NCBI RefSeq assembly: GCF_006345805.1
Contig: NC_043023.1
Coordinates: 1,364,001-1,428,000 of the forward strand
Direction: 5' to 3'
DNA: 64,000 nt
Source of the DNA: Octopus sinensis
Taxonomy: Eukaryota
Shown: piece after piece, positions 36,718 through 50,219 of the stretch
How the letters are laid out: each line of letters starts with the position of its first letter
Numbering within the stretch: the stretch's first letter is position 1
Notes under the pieces: model-generated
Seen by the model: the letters and a program-made list of their open reading frames with translations, nothing else
What the model was told of the DNA's origin: nothing
The model's database searches: none
Position numbers and translations under genes: made by a program

Positions 36718-36806
36718 ATATATATATATATATAGATAGATAGATATACACATATATGTATATATATATATTTATATATATATATACATATATACACATA
36801 TGTATA

Positions 36807-36849
<43 letters not shown>

Positions 36850-36884
36850 CATATACACATATATGTATATAAACATATGTATAT

Positions 36885-36937
<53 letters not shown>

Positions 36938-37025
36938 TGTATATATATATATATATATACATACATATATATGTATATAAACATATGTATATGAAAATAT
37001 ATATATATATATATACATACATATG
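36420..37025. repeat. (AT)n compound microsatellite with an internal 3x aataattattgg unit
   Basis: Direct reading. Confidence 0.9.
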
Positions 37026-37391
37026 ATGAGTATCTTTCCTGCCAACACAGTTTGGAAAAAAAAAATAAAGAAACAGCTTTGGCAAAACTTCAAATTCGTT
37101 GTCACCTTCTGTTAAATAAATACTTAGAACTACTTTACGTATTGATTTCTTTATTCAGTTAATGGCTCCGTTTCCTCTTCTATTTAAACCTATGAAAATG
37201 TCTATCCTAATGCAAGCACAGATGAATAAATACAGAAGGCAGTTACTCTCTTCTCATATGGCTACAGGCTGTTTCATAAACTTAGGTAGTAGTTGCATAA
37301 TACTCTCATGGAGGTTACCTGTTTTTATGTGTCTTATAATTCTCCTGTTGTGTTTCCACTATGCACAAACATATATATATATGATACAGAA

Positions 37392-37950
37392 CAAGCTTGC
37401 TTTCCAACCACATGGTTCCAGGTTCAATCCCACTGCATGCATCTTGGACAAGTCTCTTCTACTATAGTGTCAGGCTGACCAAAGACTTGTGAGGGGATTT
37501 GGTAGACAGAAACTGAAAGAAGCTTGTTGTATGTATCCATATATATATATGTACCCTTTTACTTGTTTCAGTCATTTGACTGTGGCCATGCTGGAGCACT
37601 GCCTTGAGTCGAGCAAATCGACCCCAGGACTTATTCTTTGTAACTCCAGTACTTATTTTATCAGTCTCTTTTGCCGAACTGCTAAGTTACAGGGACATAA
37701 GCACACCAGCATCAGTTGCCAAGCGATGTTAGGGGGACAAACACAGCCACATATACACATACACACACACACACGCACACATATATATACGACAGGCTTC
37801 TTTCAGTTTCCGTCTACCAAATCCACTCACAAGGCTTTGGTCGGACCGAGGCTATAGTAGAAGACACTTGCCTAAGGTGCCACGCAGTGGGACTGAACCC
37901 GGAACCATGTGGTTGGTAAGCAAGCTACTTACCACACAGCCACTCCTACA
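37392..37950. mobile_element. SINE-A 5' half (+, 37392-37530) and full SINE-A (-, 37553-37950)
   Basis: Match to family. Confidence 0.85.
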
Positions 37951-38354
37951 CCTATATATATATATTTGAGACATACACGAGGTGAAAACCAATATGTGAA
38001 TTTCTTACATGCTAGAAAGGGCAGTCAAAACCCAAAGCCACAAAAAAGAAAACACTTTCACACATTAAAGCATGTTGTTTGTATGCAAACATAAAAATTT
38101 CAGTTAACCTTATACCTATAAGTTTCACTATTAATGACCAAATAAATCGATTAATTAGTTAATTGATTAATTAGTCATCTATAGCTCATCAGTTAGGTCA
38201 CTGTAAAACACATAAACATGCATGTGTGTGTATATGTGTGTTTATAAGTCCATTTGTGTGTCTCTGTTTGTGCTCCTGACCATCGCTTGGCAACCGATGT
38301 TGGTTTGTTTACGTCTCTGTAATATAGCAGTTTGGCAAAAGAGATCAATAGAAT

Positions 38355-38512
38355 AAATATTTGTCTTCCCTTCTACTGGACTTTCCTCTGTTTCTGAAGA
38401 TGAGCGTCTGCTTGAAACGTAAAATCACCTTCTGTTCCTTCCCTGAGCATTAGCTAATACTTTACAAGTACCATGTACACACAGTGTTGTTGTTTTTGTG
38501 TTTGCTCTTGTT
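38355..38512 (+). mobile_element. Small hammerhead-containing element (same family as 56160-56350)
   Basis: Shared tgtcttcccttct..., ttccttcc(c/t)gagcat, gttgtt..ttt..tgttt. Confidence 0.6.
38390..38425 (+). ncRNA. Minimal type-I hammerhead, canonical core
   Basis: GTTT-CTGAAGA-T-GAGC GTCT GCTT-GAAA-CG-TA-AAAT. Confidence 0.65.
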
Positions 38513-38569
38513 TATTTTGGAGCTACTGTATATGTAAATATATATAAATATTTTGGAGCTACTATATAT

Positions 38570-39140
38570 CATCATCATCATCATCATCATTTACCGTCCG
38601 TTCTCCATGCTAGCATGGGTTGGACGGTTCAACTGGGGTCTGTGAAGCTGGAAGGCTTCATCAGGCCCAGTCAGATCTGGCAGTGTTTCTACGGCTGGAT
38701 GCCCTTCCTAACGCCAACCACTCCGTGAGTGTAGTGGGTGCTTTTTACGTGCCACCTGCACAGGTGCCAGACAGAGCTGGCAAACGGCCACGAACGGATG
38801 GTGCTTTTACGTGTCACCGGCACGGGGGCCAGGCGAGGCTGGCAACGGACACGAACGGATGGTGCTTTTACGTGCCACCAACACGGGGGCCAGACAGAGC
38901 TGGCAAACGGCCACGAAACGAATGGTGCTTTTACGTGCCACCGGCACGGGGGCCAGGCGAGGCTGGCAACGGGCACGAACGGATGGTGCTTTTACATGCC
39001 ACCGACATGGGGGCCAGACAGGGCTGGCAAACGGCCACGAACGGATGGTGCTTTTACGTGTCACCGGCACGGGGGCCAGGCGAGGCTGGCAATGGCCACG
39101 AACGGATGGTGCTTTTACATGTCACCGACATGGGGGCCAT
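38570..39140 (-). mobile_element. RTE-type tail with six alternating 61-62 bp units
   Basis: Reverse of the 30248 family; flanked by a 58-bp direct repeat. Confidence 0.88.
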
Positions 39141-39209
39141 ATTAATTATTTTGGAGCTACTGTATATATAAATATATATAAATATTTTGGAGCTACTATA
39201 TATATAAAT

Positions 39210-39556
39210 CATCATCATCATCATCATCATTGTTCAACGTCCGTTCTCCATGCTAGCATGGGTTGGACGGTTCGACCGGGGATCTGGGAAGCCAGAAGGC
39301 TGCACCAGGCTCCAGTCTTTTCTGGCAATGTTTCTACAGCTGGATGCCCTTCCTAATGCCAACCACTCCGTGAGTGTAGTGGGTGCTTTTTACGTGCCAC
39401 CAGCACAGGTGCCAGGCGAGACTGGCAATGGCCACGGTCGGATTGGTGTATTTTATGTGCCACCGGCACGGAAGCCAGTCAAGGCGGCGCTGGCATCGGC
39501 CACGAGTCGGATAGTGCTTTTTACGTATCACCAGACCAGGGATCCTGGCTGGTTCA
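39210..39556 (-). mobile_element. Second RTE-type tail (different upstream units)
   Basis: (cat)n...ccatgctagcatgggttggacgg; about 34-bp flanking direct repeat. Confidence 0.86.
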
Positions 39557-40189
39557 ATTCAATATATATAAATATTTTGGAGCTACTATATATATATATA
39601 TAAATATATATTGTTGTATTAGGGATGGTCAAGAAGAAGAAGAAGAAGGAAGAGGAGGAGGAAAAGAAGAAGAGGAGGAGGAGAAGATTTGTTGATGCAA
39701 TGAAGCAGAACCTGAAAGCATAATAATATATTGCTTTCTACTTCTTTTATCTAGAGGTGGTGACACTAATGCTAACAAATATGACACTTGCAGTTCTTGT
39801 CTAATTCCAAGTTAGACCTGATTAAGTCGTCTTATTATGATCAAGGGCCTACCAACCATTACCAGGGTATTAAAACATGTTAGATAACAGCACAGGTAAG
39901 TATTACTGGATACTTTTCAGGGCTGCTGATGCCATATTCTTTCCATTGTTAATAGCTCTGATGAGCAAGGAGTATTAGTAGTCCATGCTGTTATCAAATA
40001 TCTGTTTTGCCATCTAGTGTGAAACCAATAAGTAAAATTGGCCAGAATGGATATATTTTAACAATTTAGTACAGCTAAAATTAAGGGCTGATGGAGGAGA
40101 TTTATTACAATCAAGGACCTTCAAACAATGTCCATCTATAGCTAAATATTTATTCATACATTTGGGTTTCAAATTTTGGCACAAGGCCA

Positions 40190-40263
40190 GCAACACTGGT
40201 TGTCAAGCAGTGATAAGGGTGCAAATACAGACACAAAGACGCACACACATGAATACATACATG

Positions 40264-40295
<32 letters not shown>

Positions 40296-40409
40296 CAACG
40301 GGCTTCTTTCAGTTTCTGTCAACCAAATGCACTCACAAGGCTTTGGTCAGCCAGGGGTTATAGCAGAAGACATTTGCCCATGGTGCTACACAGTGGGACT
40401 GAACTCGGA

Positions 40410-40490
<81 letters not shown>

Positions 40491-40685
40491 TTTATTTGTT
40501 TCGGTCATTTGACTGCAGTCATGCTGGAGCACCTCCTTTAATCAAGCAAATCAATGCCAAGTCTTATTCTTTGTAAGCCTAGTACTTATTCTATTAGTTT
40601 CTTTTGCCAAACTGCTAAGTTACAGGAGATGTAAACACACCAGCATAAGTTGTCAAGCAATGTTGGGGGAGGGGGAGAAACACAG
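40190..40685 (-). mobile_element. Two SINE-A pieces separated by (CT)n(AT)n
   Basis: 40190-40410 and 40488-40685. Confidence 0.78.
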
Positions 40686-40864
40686 ATACACAAACCTATA
40701 TATAAATATCTATATTTCATCCTTATCATTACAATCAGCATCATGACTGCAGAATCCAAAATTCATCCTTCAATTTTCAGGATAGTGATGCAGAATCTGA
40801 GGGATATTTGGCTGCTCTATCTAGAAAGTACAATGACCAAACAGAGGACACCTAATGTTGTATA

Positions 40865-41300
40865 TACCATTGCAGGGGTAGTGGTAGTGATGGTGACAGT
40901 GATAGTAGTGGTGTTGGAGACGGTGATGGTGGTGGTAGTGCATAGTGGTGATGGTGGTGGAGGTGGGAGTGGTTCTGATGGTGGTACTGACCATAGTGAT
41001 GGTGGCAATGGTGGTAGTGTTCGCAGTGGTAAAGGTGATGGTAGTAGCGGTCATGGAAATAGTAGTAGTAGTAGTGGGAGGGGTTATAGTGACAGCAGTA
41101 ATCATGGTGGTGGTGACAATGACGACGGTGGTGGTCATGATAGCAGCCGTGAGGGTGACAGTGGTGATGATAATGATGGTCATCATAGTGGTGGCAGAAG
41201 CAGTAGAGGTTGTGGTGGTGGAGGTGATTGTGGTTGTAGTAATAAGTAGTAGTTGTGGAGGTAGTAGTGGTGGTTGTGGCTGTGGTGGCGGAGACAGAGG
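40865..41300 (+). repeat. Degenerate (GGT/GAT)n
   Basis: Direct reading. Confidence 0.88.
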
Positions 41301-41499
41301 TGTGACCAAGAAGTATATATAAAAACACACAAAGTACAGCCAAGTGTGAAATAATAGAGCAAAGAACGGAGATTATTTGCCCCAGGGTGAGGGACAGGGT
41401 TGGAGTGGACATAATTATGAAGGAGGAAAGAGGAAGGGGAAGGGAGACAACTTCTCCGAGTTTTTCACGTAGCATCCATCTCCAATAAATACACACAAA

Positions 41500-41956
41500 C
41501 CCAAATGTGTGCGTGTATGTATGTGTGTGTATATATATATATCATATATATATACTATATATATATATATATAATCATACATACACACACATGTGTATAC
41601 AAATATATACATATATGTAATTATATATATGTACATAACCATATATATATGCATGTGTATTTTTATATATATATATCATGCATATTTGTGCATGTATATA
41701 TATATGCACACGCATACATATGTATACATACACAAGTATACATATATAAACCATATATAGATATATATATACACACACATACATATATACACGTACATAG
41801 ATATATATATATACACACACATATATACATGTATATAGATATATATATACACACACATATATATACATACATATACACATAGATATACACATGTATATAG
41901 ATACATATATACACACACATATACACACACATATACACACACATATACACACACAT

Positions 41957-42021
<65 letters not shown>

Positions 42022-42132
42022 TATAGATATGTGTATACATATATATATATAGATAGATAGAATGACAGATAGATATATGTATACACATACACACAAATAT
42101 ACATCTACACACACAGATTGATAAACACATCT

Positions 42133-42219
<87 letters not shown>

Positions 42220-42485
42220 ATTTGTATAGAAAAACACAATGATCTGGGGGCAGTACTGGATCTCTCTAACAACTCCTTTTCATGTGTCTCCCTTTATTTC
42301 TCATGCCCTGATTATTAATGTCTGGATGCCTGTGTGTATATGTGTGTATATATATGTGTGTAGATGGGCATGTGTTTGTGCGGTGATGTGAGTGTTTTCA
42401 CAAATAAAACTTACGCACATAAAGGTTTATGTGTCATTAACTATATAACTCAATATAGATATCATTGGTGTGTATAATGAGTGTG

Positions 42486-42516
<31 letters not shown>

Positions 42517-43760
42517 CGTGTGTGTATATTATGTGTGTGGTTGTGTGTATTTTACATATATAGATATTGCCTCTGTAGCTGTATACAGATTTATAAATAT
42601 TTTTCTCTGTCTAAATATACACATGAATATATGCATTCACACACACACACACATTAACATATATGTGTATGTATATACATATGAGTGTATGTGTATGATA
42701 TATATATATATATAATGTATGTATAAATATAAACACATATGTACATGTGTGTATAATATATATATATACACACACATATGTATATACATATACACACACA
42801 CAGCACAAGCATATTGCCCTCAAGCCATTTCATCCCACAGGAAACAACATCTGCCTTCCTAAGTCACACCCACTTGATCTAGATGAGGGTCAACACTCAC
42901 ACACACACACACACACATACATACATACTTACATGCAATCCTAACTGCAACTTAATTGGATCAGAATGTAATTAAGGGAGCACAGTTTGTCCAAAGGCTT
43001 TCTCAAGACCCATTCACATAAGAGTGTATCTGTGTGTTTCTGTGTGTGTATATGTATATATATATACATACATACATACACATGTGTAAACACATACACA
43101 TATACACACAAACATTCATAATTATATATATATATATATACACACACATATATATGCATATACATACATATCATTTATATACATACACATATATTTTATA
43201 TCTATCTATCAATCTATCTATCCACATTTTATATCTATATACAAATTACATATATCTACATACATAATCTCTCTCACTCTCTCTCTCTCTCTTTATATAT
43301 ATATATATATATATATGAACCCACACACACCTCAATACATTTACACAAACATGCCCAAGAAGAGATACATACAAACATATACACATATATACAATTTACA
43401 TACTAACAGACATGCTTCTATATATATACGCATACATATACATACACACATAAAGAGACAGATATATACACACACATACATATACGTACAGAGACAGAGA
43501 CGTAGATGTGTAGGTAGATAGGACAAAAAGACAGATACAGATATACATGTTTACAAAGAAATATATGCATTTATATATATATATATATATATATATTTGT
43601 AAACTTTTATCTGTATCTTCTATATGCACATAAACATACACACACACACAAATATACTTATATACAAGCATTATGTATGATAGATAGATAGACAGATAGA
43701 TAAATAGATAGATAAATAGATAGATAGATAGATATATATATATATAGAGAGAGAGAGGGA
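41500..43760. repeat. Long compound (AT)/(AC)/(AG)/(GATA) microsatellite region with short unique interruptions
   Basis: Direct reading. Confidence 0.88.
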
Positions 43761-43774
43761 GGGAGAGAGATCTA

Positions 43775-43945
43775 GGCACAGGCATGTCTGTGTGGTAAGA
43801 AGCTTGCTTCCTAACCACATGGCTCATGGCTCTGGGTTCAGTCCCACTGCATGGCACCTTTGGTAAGTGTCTTCTGCTATAGCCCTAGGCCGACCAAAAC
43901 CTTGTTAGTGGATTTGGTAGACGGAAACTGAAAGAAGCTTGTTGT

Positions 43946-43989
<44 letters not shown>

Positions 43990-44165
43990 TATATACAACA
44001 TGACAACCGATTTTGGTGTGTTTACCTCTCTGTAACTTAGTGGTTTGGCAAAGACACCAAAAGAATAAGTATTAAGGTTACAAGAATAAGTCCAGGTGAC
44101 GATTTTGTCTACTAAAGGGCAGTGCTCCAGCATGGTCACAGTCAAACGACTGAAACAAATAAATG
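43775..44165 (+). mobile_element. SINE-A
   Basis: Match to family; small catggct duplication in the head. Confidence 0.85.
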
Positions 44166-44173
44166 AATAAAAA

Positions 44174-44206
<33 letters not shown>

Positions 44207-44487
44207 CAGACAGATACATACATGCATATATACATACATACATGGATATATATAGATAGAATGACAGATAGATATGATAGATAGATAGAGACAGAGATAG
44301 ATAGAATAATAGATAGAATGACAGATAGATGGACGGATGGACAGACAGACAGGCAGGCAGACAGATACAATGACAGATATGTAGATGGATACACAGATAT
44401 ACTTAGATAAACAGCCATAATACACATCAACATATATACATGTGTATATATACATGCATGTTATATAATCTCTGTTTTACTATATCT

Positions 44488-44529
<42 letters not shown>

Positions 44530-45014
44530 GCATATATGTCTATAAATGTGTATATATAATATGAATACCTATATGTGTATAAATATGTGTGTATATTATG
44601 ATATATATACATGTGCATTAATGCATATATATAATGATATACATACATGTGGTGAGTGTGTGTGTATATATATCACTACCACCATCGCGAATATACACCC
44701 ACCACAACCCTACAACCCCCGAATGTCTCCTTCCTGCTTAACCTTTGGAAAAAAAGACAAAAAATACAGGGATCAGAATATGTAATATGTGAACGGAACC
44801 ACCTGGGGGAGGGGTGGTCGTGTACCTTATAAATAAGTCATATCACAAGTTACACCCATGATAGAGAAGCGCAGTTCTTCTTCCCACTCCTGACCCCACC
44901 CCCAGAGGAAATTTCCCTTTCGCTGCAACCCCAACCCACACCAACTTAGGGCCCCAGGACCAGAAGTACTCTGCAATAAAAATGAACAATTATGATAACA
45001 TGACCCCCGCCTTA

Positions 45015-45138
45015 TACATACATGCATATATCTATATATGACTTTATGAGTGTGTGTGAATATATATATATATATATATATATACCTATGTGTGTCTATG
45101 TCTATATATATATGTACGTGTGTTTGTATGTACGTAGA

Positions 45139-45171
<33 letters not shown>

Positions 45172-45463
45172 TACATATATACATATATATATACATATAC
45201 ATATATACATATATATATATATACATGCTACATACATATATATATATATACATATATACATACATACATGCATATATATAATACATACATACATACATAT
45301 ATATATATATAGATATATATATATGTATATATATAAATATTTCTACACATATATACACAACACATGTATATATGTATGTATGTTTACTAGATGTACAAAA
45401 TATGTATATATCATATATATATTATATATATATATATACATATTTACTTGATATATAAAAGAT

Positions 45464-45511
<48 letters not shown>

Positions 45512-45515
45512 TATC
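45015..45515. repeat. (AT)/(ATAC) microsatellite
   Basis: Direct reading. Confidence 0.92.
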
Positions 45516-46290
45516 TTTGTTATTTTTCTGGTAATGGGTGGAGTGCAGTTTCAAGTTCAGTAAGGATTTGATGTCGCATACCTAGCGCTATCGACGGTTT
45601 ACGAAATCTTCCAAGGAGTGACGTACGTCTCTCCCACCCTGCCCACCCCATCACACCCTCACCTCCCATAGTTGTCTCTTGACCATTGGAAATTTCAAGT
45701 AGAACCACGGCAAACCGGATAGCAAAATGGCAGGGTGTGAGCAGGGGACAACGGGGACGTGTCCAACTGGGCGCTAACACACAACCCCCAATACCCAGTG
45801 CAGGCAGAGCAATATGGGAGTGGAGGGTGTAGAAAAAAATATGACATCTTGCCTGAAGGGGTTAAAAGAGCCAGCTGGGTGTCTGTAAGTATTATGTGTG
45901 AATGTGTGTGTGTTTGTATGTATGTATGTTTGTGTGTGAGTGCTCCTTATTGTTCTGTGTCCATTCGTATATATGTGTATACAAAATATATATACATCCA
46001 TGCACACACACACACCACACACATGGATGGATGTGTAGATAGATAGATGGATGGACTGATTGAAAGATAAACAAATATATACATAGACAGACAGATAGAT
46101 AGATAGTTGAGTGTGCATGTGATATTTACATATACATGTACATTTATATCCATGTATGTATAAATCTGTCGGTATATATGTATGTACATATGTGTGTGTG
46201 TGTGTATGCATATATATATATATACATGCACAATTATACATGTATATATATATGTAAAAATGTATTTATATCTCATTCTGTATGTATGTA

Positions 46291-46323
<33 letters not shown>

Positions 46324-46324
<1 letters not shown>

Positions 46325-46720
46325 GGCACAGGAGTGGTTGTGTGGTAAGTGGCTTGATTACCAACCACATGGTTTTGGGTTCAGTCTCACTGCATGGCAC
46401 CTTGGGCAAGTGTCTTCTACTATAGCTTTTGGCTAACCAAAGCTTTGTGAGTGGATTTGGTAGATGGAAACTGAAAAAAGACCATCGTGTATATATATAT
46501 ATATTGTGTGTGTGTTTGTGTGTCTGTGTTTGTCCCCCCAACATGGCTTGACAACCAATGTTCATGTGTTTACATCCCCGTAACTTAGTGGTTCAACAAA
46601 AGAGACTGATAGAATAAGTACTAGATTACAAAGAATAAGTCCTGGGGCCGATTTGCTCGACTAAAGGCGGTGCTCCAGCATGGCCACAGTCAAGTGACTG
46701 AAACAAGTAAAAGAGTAAAA

Positions 46721-46722
<2 letters not shown>
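46324..46722 (+). mobile_element. SINE-A full copy
   Basis: Match to family. Confidence 0.9.
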
Positions 46723-46770
<48 letters not shown>

Positions 46771-47149
46771 TGTATATATATATAGACAGAGAGTGAGAGA
46801 GGGGGGAGGAGGAGAAACACACACACACACACACACAAACTTATTTTATATATATACAGACTTATATACACACATATGCGTTTGTTTGTGTGGCCATAAA
46901 TAATATTGAAATCGCTTTAAATATGAACAGTTCCATCTTCGAACAAATCACTCTAATAAGAGGAAGAAAATAAAACCAATATGTTTCTAAGTGAAATTAG
47001 GGAATTACATTGATATCCCTTATGATGAGATAGTGACAGACAAATCAAGAACCAGCTGAATTAGTTATGTTCAAGAGACTTTAAAAAGTAAAAACATTTA
47101 AAGTATTTAGAATTTACAGCAATTAAAATTTTAGCAATTAACAGAATTA

Positions 47150-48467
47150 TGAGGCAGTACCAAAAGATTCCTGGACTAGTTTAATAAAAAATAACTTATT
47201 TACCTCATTTTTAACATCTTCCTCTTTGAAATAGTCCCCTTGTTCAATAATAAATACACCATTCCCAGCATTCCTGTCACTTCTGGAATCTGGTCTGGAA
47301 GTCAAGGACCTTTTACGATTCACTCTGGATTGTGACAACTGTGTTAAGAAAGGCAACTTCTGAGCTGTGTTTTCATCTTGGAGAAGAGATGGAAGTTCAC
47401 AGGTGCTAAATCAAGGTGAATAGGGTGGTGGGTGCAGAGGAAATAACCATGTTGTCTTTGGTGAGAAGAGCTCTGTGGCAGGGTGCATTATCGCTGTGAA
47501 GAACCCAATTCTACATGCGAGCTGGCAGAACCGTTAGCATGCCGGGTGAAATGCTTAGCAGTTTTTCGTCTGCCGTTACGTTCTGAGTTCAAATTCCGCT
47601 GAGGTCGACTTTGCCTTTCATCCTTTCAGGATCGATAAATTAAGTATCAGTTATGTACTGGGTCAATAGAATCAACTTAATCCATTTGTCTGTCCTTGTT
47701 TGTCCCCTCTGTTTTTAGCCCCTTGTGGGCAATAAATAAATAGGTATTTCGTCTGTCTTTACGTTCGGAGTTCAAATTCCGCTGAGGTCGACTTTGCCTT
47801 TCATCCTTTCGGGGTCAATTAAATAAGTACCAGTTATGCACTGGGGTTGATCTAATCGGCTTAATCCCTTTGTCTGTCCTTGTCTGTCCCCTCTGTGTTT
47901 AGCCCCTTGTGGGCAATAAAGAAATAAGAATCCAATTCTTCATGCCACACAGATTCGGTCACTTTTCCTGAATGTCCTTCCCCAAATGCTTCAAAGTGCC
48001 ACAGTAGAACTCACGATTGATAACCTGTCCCTGGGGGATGAATTCACGATACACAATACCATATTTCCGGGCTGATACTTGGGGCAAGTCTTCCAGATTG
48101 CTCATCATCTTCCTGGGACATTCCTCTGCTTTTGAATTACCTGTGCCACTTCAAACATTGCATACGACCCTTTGCCTCATCACTGTAAGTTTACCAAAGA
48201 ATGCTCCATGTCTTTGTAGCAGACTTCCCAAGTTTAATGCAAAATTTCACATTGGTTCTGTGCTCCTATCCATGACAAAACCTCAGACTAGAGCATACAA
48301 GTAATCAAAGAAACAAAAATTTCACAACTTGTGAACCAAACACAGTGGTGTCACTTAGTACACTGCCTCATGAAGGCCACTGCTAGCTCTCACTGCGCAT
48401 GCAACTGTGTGCTGCCACCGGTTGGTGCACTACAGAACAAGTCTAAGAACTTTTTGATACTACCTCA
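47150..48467 (-). mobile_element. Internally deleted mariner transposon
   Basis: TA|tgaggcagtaccaaaagattcctggact ... agtctaagaactttttgatactacctca|TA TIRs; minus-strand remnants NVKFCIKLGKSAT, HDNAP-like, YSPDLAP-like, QGDYF. Confidence 0.82.
47519..47925 (+). mobile_element. SINE-B with internal duplication, nested in the mariner
   Basis: 20-bp TSD aagaa(c/t)ccaattct(a/t)catgc at 47499-47518 and 47926-47945. Confidence 0.88.
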
Positions 48468-48545
48468 TAATAGGAAAAAATTAAAATTTTAATGATCTTT
48501 TAATTTTGTAGTGTAAGGGTTATACTTATTACCCTTACACTATAA

Positions 48546-48842
48546 GGAGACCGTCCAGAAGAGTTGCAGGAGATTCCGAAATTGTTTAGAGGCTGTGGTC
48601 GAAGCCAATGACAATTTTATAGTTTTAGAGTAATAGCCTCGACTGGCACCTGTGTCGGTGGCACATAAAATCACCCACTACACTCACGCAGTGGTTGGCG
48701 TTAGGAAGGGCATCCAGCTGTAGAAACACTGCCAGGTCCGACTGGCCTGGTGCAGCCTTCGGGCTCCCCAGACCCCAGTTGAACCGTCCAACCCATGCTA
48801 GCATGGAAAGCGGACGTTAAATGATGATGATGATGATGATGT
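48546..48842 (+). mobile_element. Tc1/maT 3' fragment (48546-48625) and RTE tail (48637-48842)
   Basis: The first matches 49970-50045; the second matches the RTE tail family. Confidence 0.75.
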
Positions 48843-48984
48843 TTCTCAAACATATTTTCCTATGAACCATTTTGATTCATATTTTGCTCAGATGGTCCCT
48901 CATAGCCAGTTGATGATGTTTAACAAATACAGTTATATTTTTTGGATGAAATCTAAAAAATTCTATAAAAGAAATTACTCTTTT

Positions 48985-49408
48985 ACCCTTTTACTTGTTT
49001 CAGCCATTTGACTGTGACCATGCTGGAGCACTGCCTTTAATCGAGCAAATCGACCCCAGTGCTTATTCTTTGTAAGCATACAACTTATTCTTTCAGTCTT
49101 TTTTGCTGAACCGGTAAGTTACGGGGACGTAAACACACCAGCATTGGTTGTCAAGCAATGTTGAGGGGACAAACACAGACACACAAACATATACACATAC
49201 ATAGATACATATATATATATATATATTATATACACACACACATATAATCGACGGGCTTCTTTCAGTTTCTATCTACCAAATCCACTCACAAGGCTTTGGT
49301 CGGTCCGAGGCTATAGTAGAAGACACTTGCCCAAAGTGCCATGCAGTGGGACTGAACCCAGAACCATGTGGTTGGTAAGCAAGCTACTTACCACACAGCC
49401 ACTCCTAC
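48985..49408 (-). mobile_element. SINE-A full copy
   Basis: Match to family. Confidence 0.9.
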
Positions 49409-49439
49409 ATTGTTCAAATATTTTGTGTATGGTAAAAAG

Positions 49440-49692
49440 TATTGGGCCATCCCATGAATAATCTGGGTTTTTTTCAACTGCATGAACTAAAAGCCAGAAG
49501 GGGATGGGATAAACTACCTGCATCAACTTGCTATAAAAACAGGTAGTAATTTTACCTTGCCATATTCTTAGTGTAAGTTTTGAAGAGTGCAGTTCGATTT
49601 TAACAGCTTCTTTTTAAAGCTATAATGGAAGTGACAAAGGAGCATATTTGGCATATTTTGCTTTATGAATTCAATAAAGGTAACAATGCAAT
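49440..49692 (+). mobile_element. Mariner 5' end (TIR + transposase N-terminus)
   Basis: TA|ttgggccatccc TIR-like start; ATG 49625 MEVTKEHIWHILLYEFNKGNNA resembles the mariner N-terminal HTH. Confidence 0.7.
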
Positions 49693-50080
49693 GGAGGAGT
49701 GGTGCAGCCCTGGGTCAAGACGGTGGCTGCTGAAAGGCCCTATGTCTGGCAACAGGACTCTGCACCAAACCATACAAGTAGGATAACCCAGTCATGGCTG
49801 TCAGACAATTTCTGCGACCACGCCACTCCTATCATTTGGCCAACTAACTTTCCAGAAAGTTAATATTATGTGTGGGGCGCAGTTGAGCGAGAGAGCAACA
49901 AAACTCCTTGTAACACCAAAGATGAAATGAAGGCAAGAATTATGGCAGCATTCACCAACTTAAACAAGGAGACCTGCCAGAAGAGTTGCAGGAGATTCCA
50001 AAGTCGTCTGGAGGCTGTGGTTGAAGCCAATGGCAATTTTATTGAATAAATTTACTCTTTAGTATTTCAAGACATTTTTG
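49693..50080 (+). pseudogene. Tc1/maT-like transposase C-terminal half, decayed
   Basis: VQPWVKTVAAERPYVWQQDSAPNHTS...WP...YYVWGAVE...RRFQSRLEAVVEANGNFIE* (stop 50047-50049), one internal stop. Confidence 0.8.
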
Positions 50081-50219
50081 TGTAGGTTGGGAAACAAGCA
50101 TCTTAACCACACAGCCACCACTATATTTATACATTCATACAAATATAATTACAAACACACATCCACATACACATTTACATTCAGATAGCGATTGTAGATA
50201 TACATACACATACAGAATA

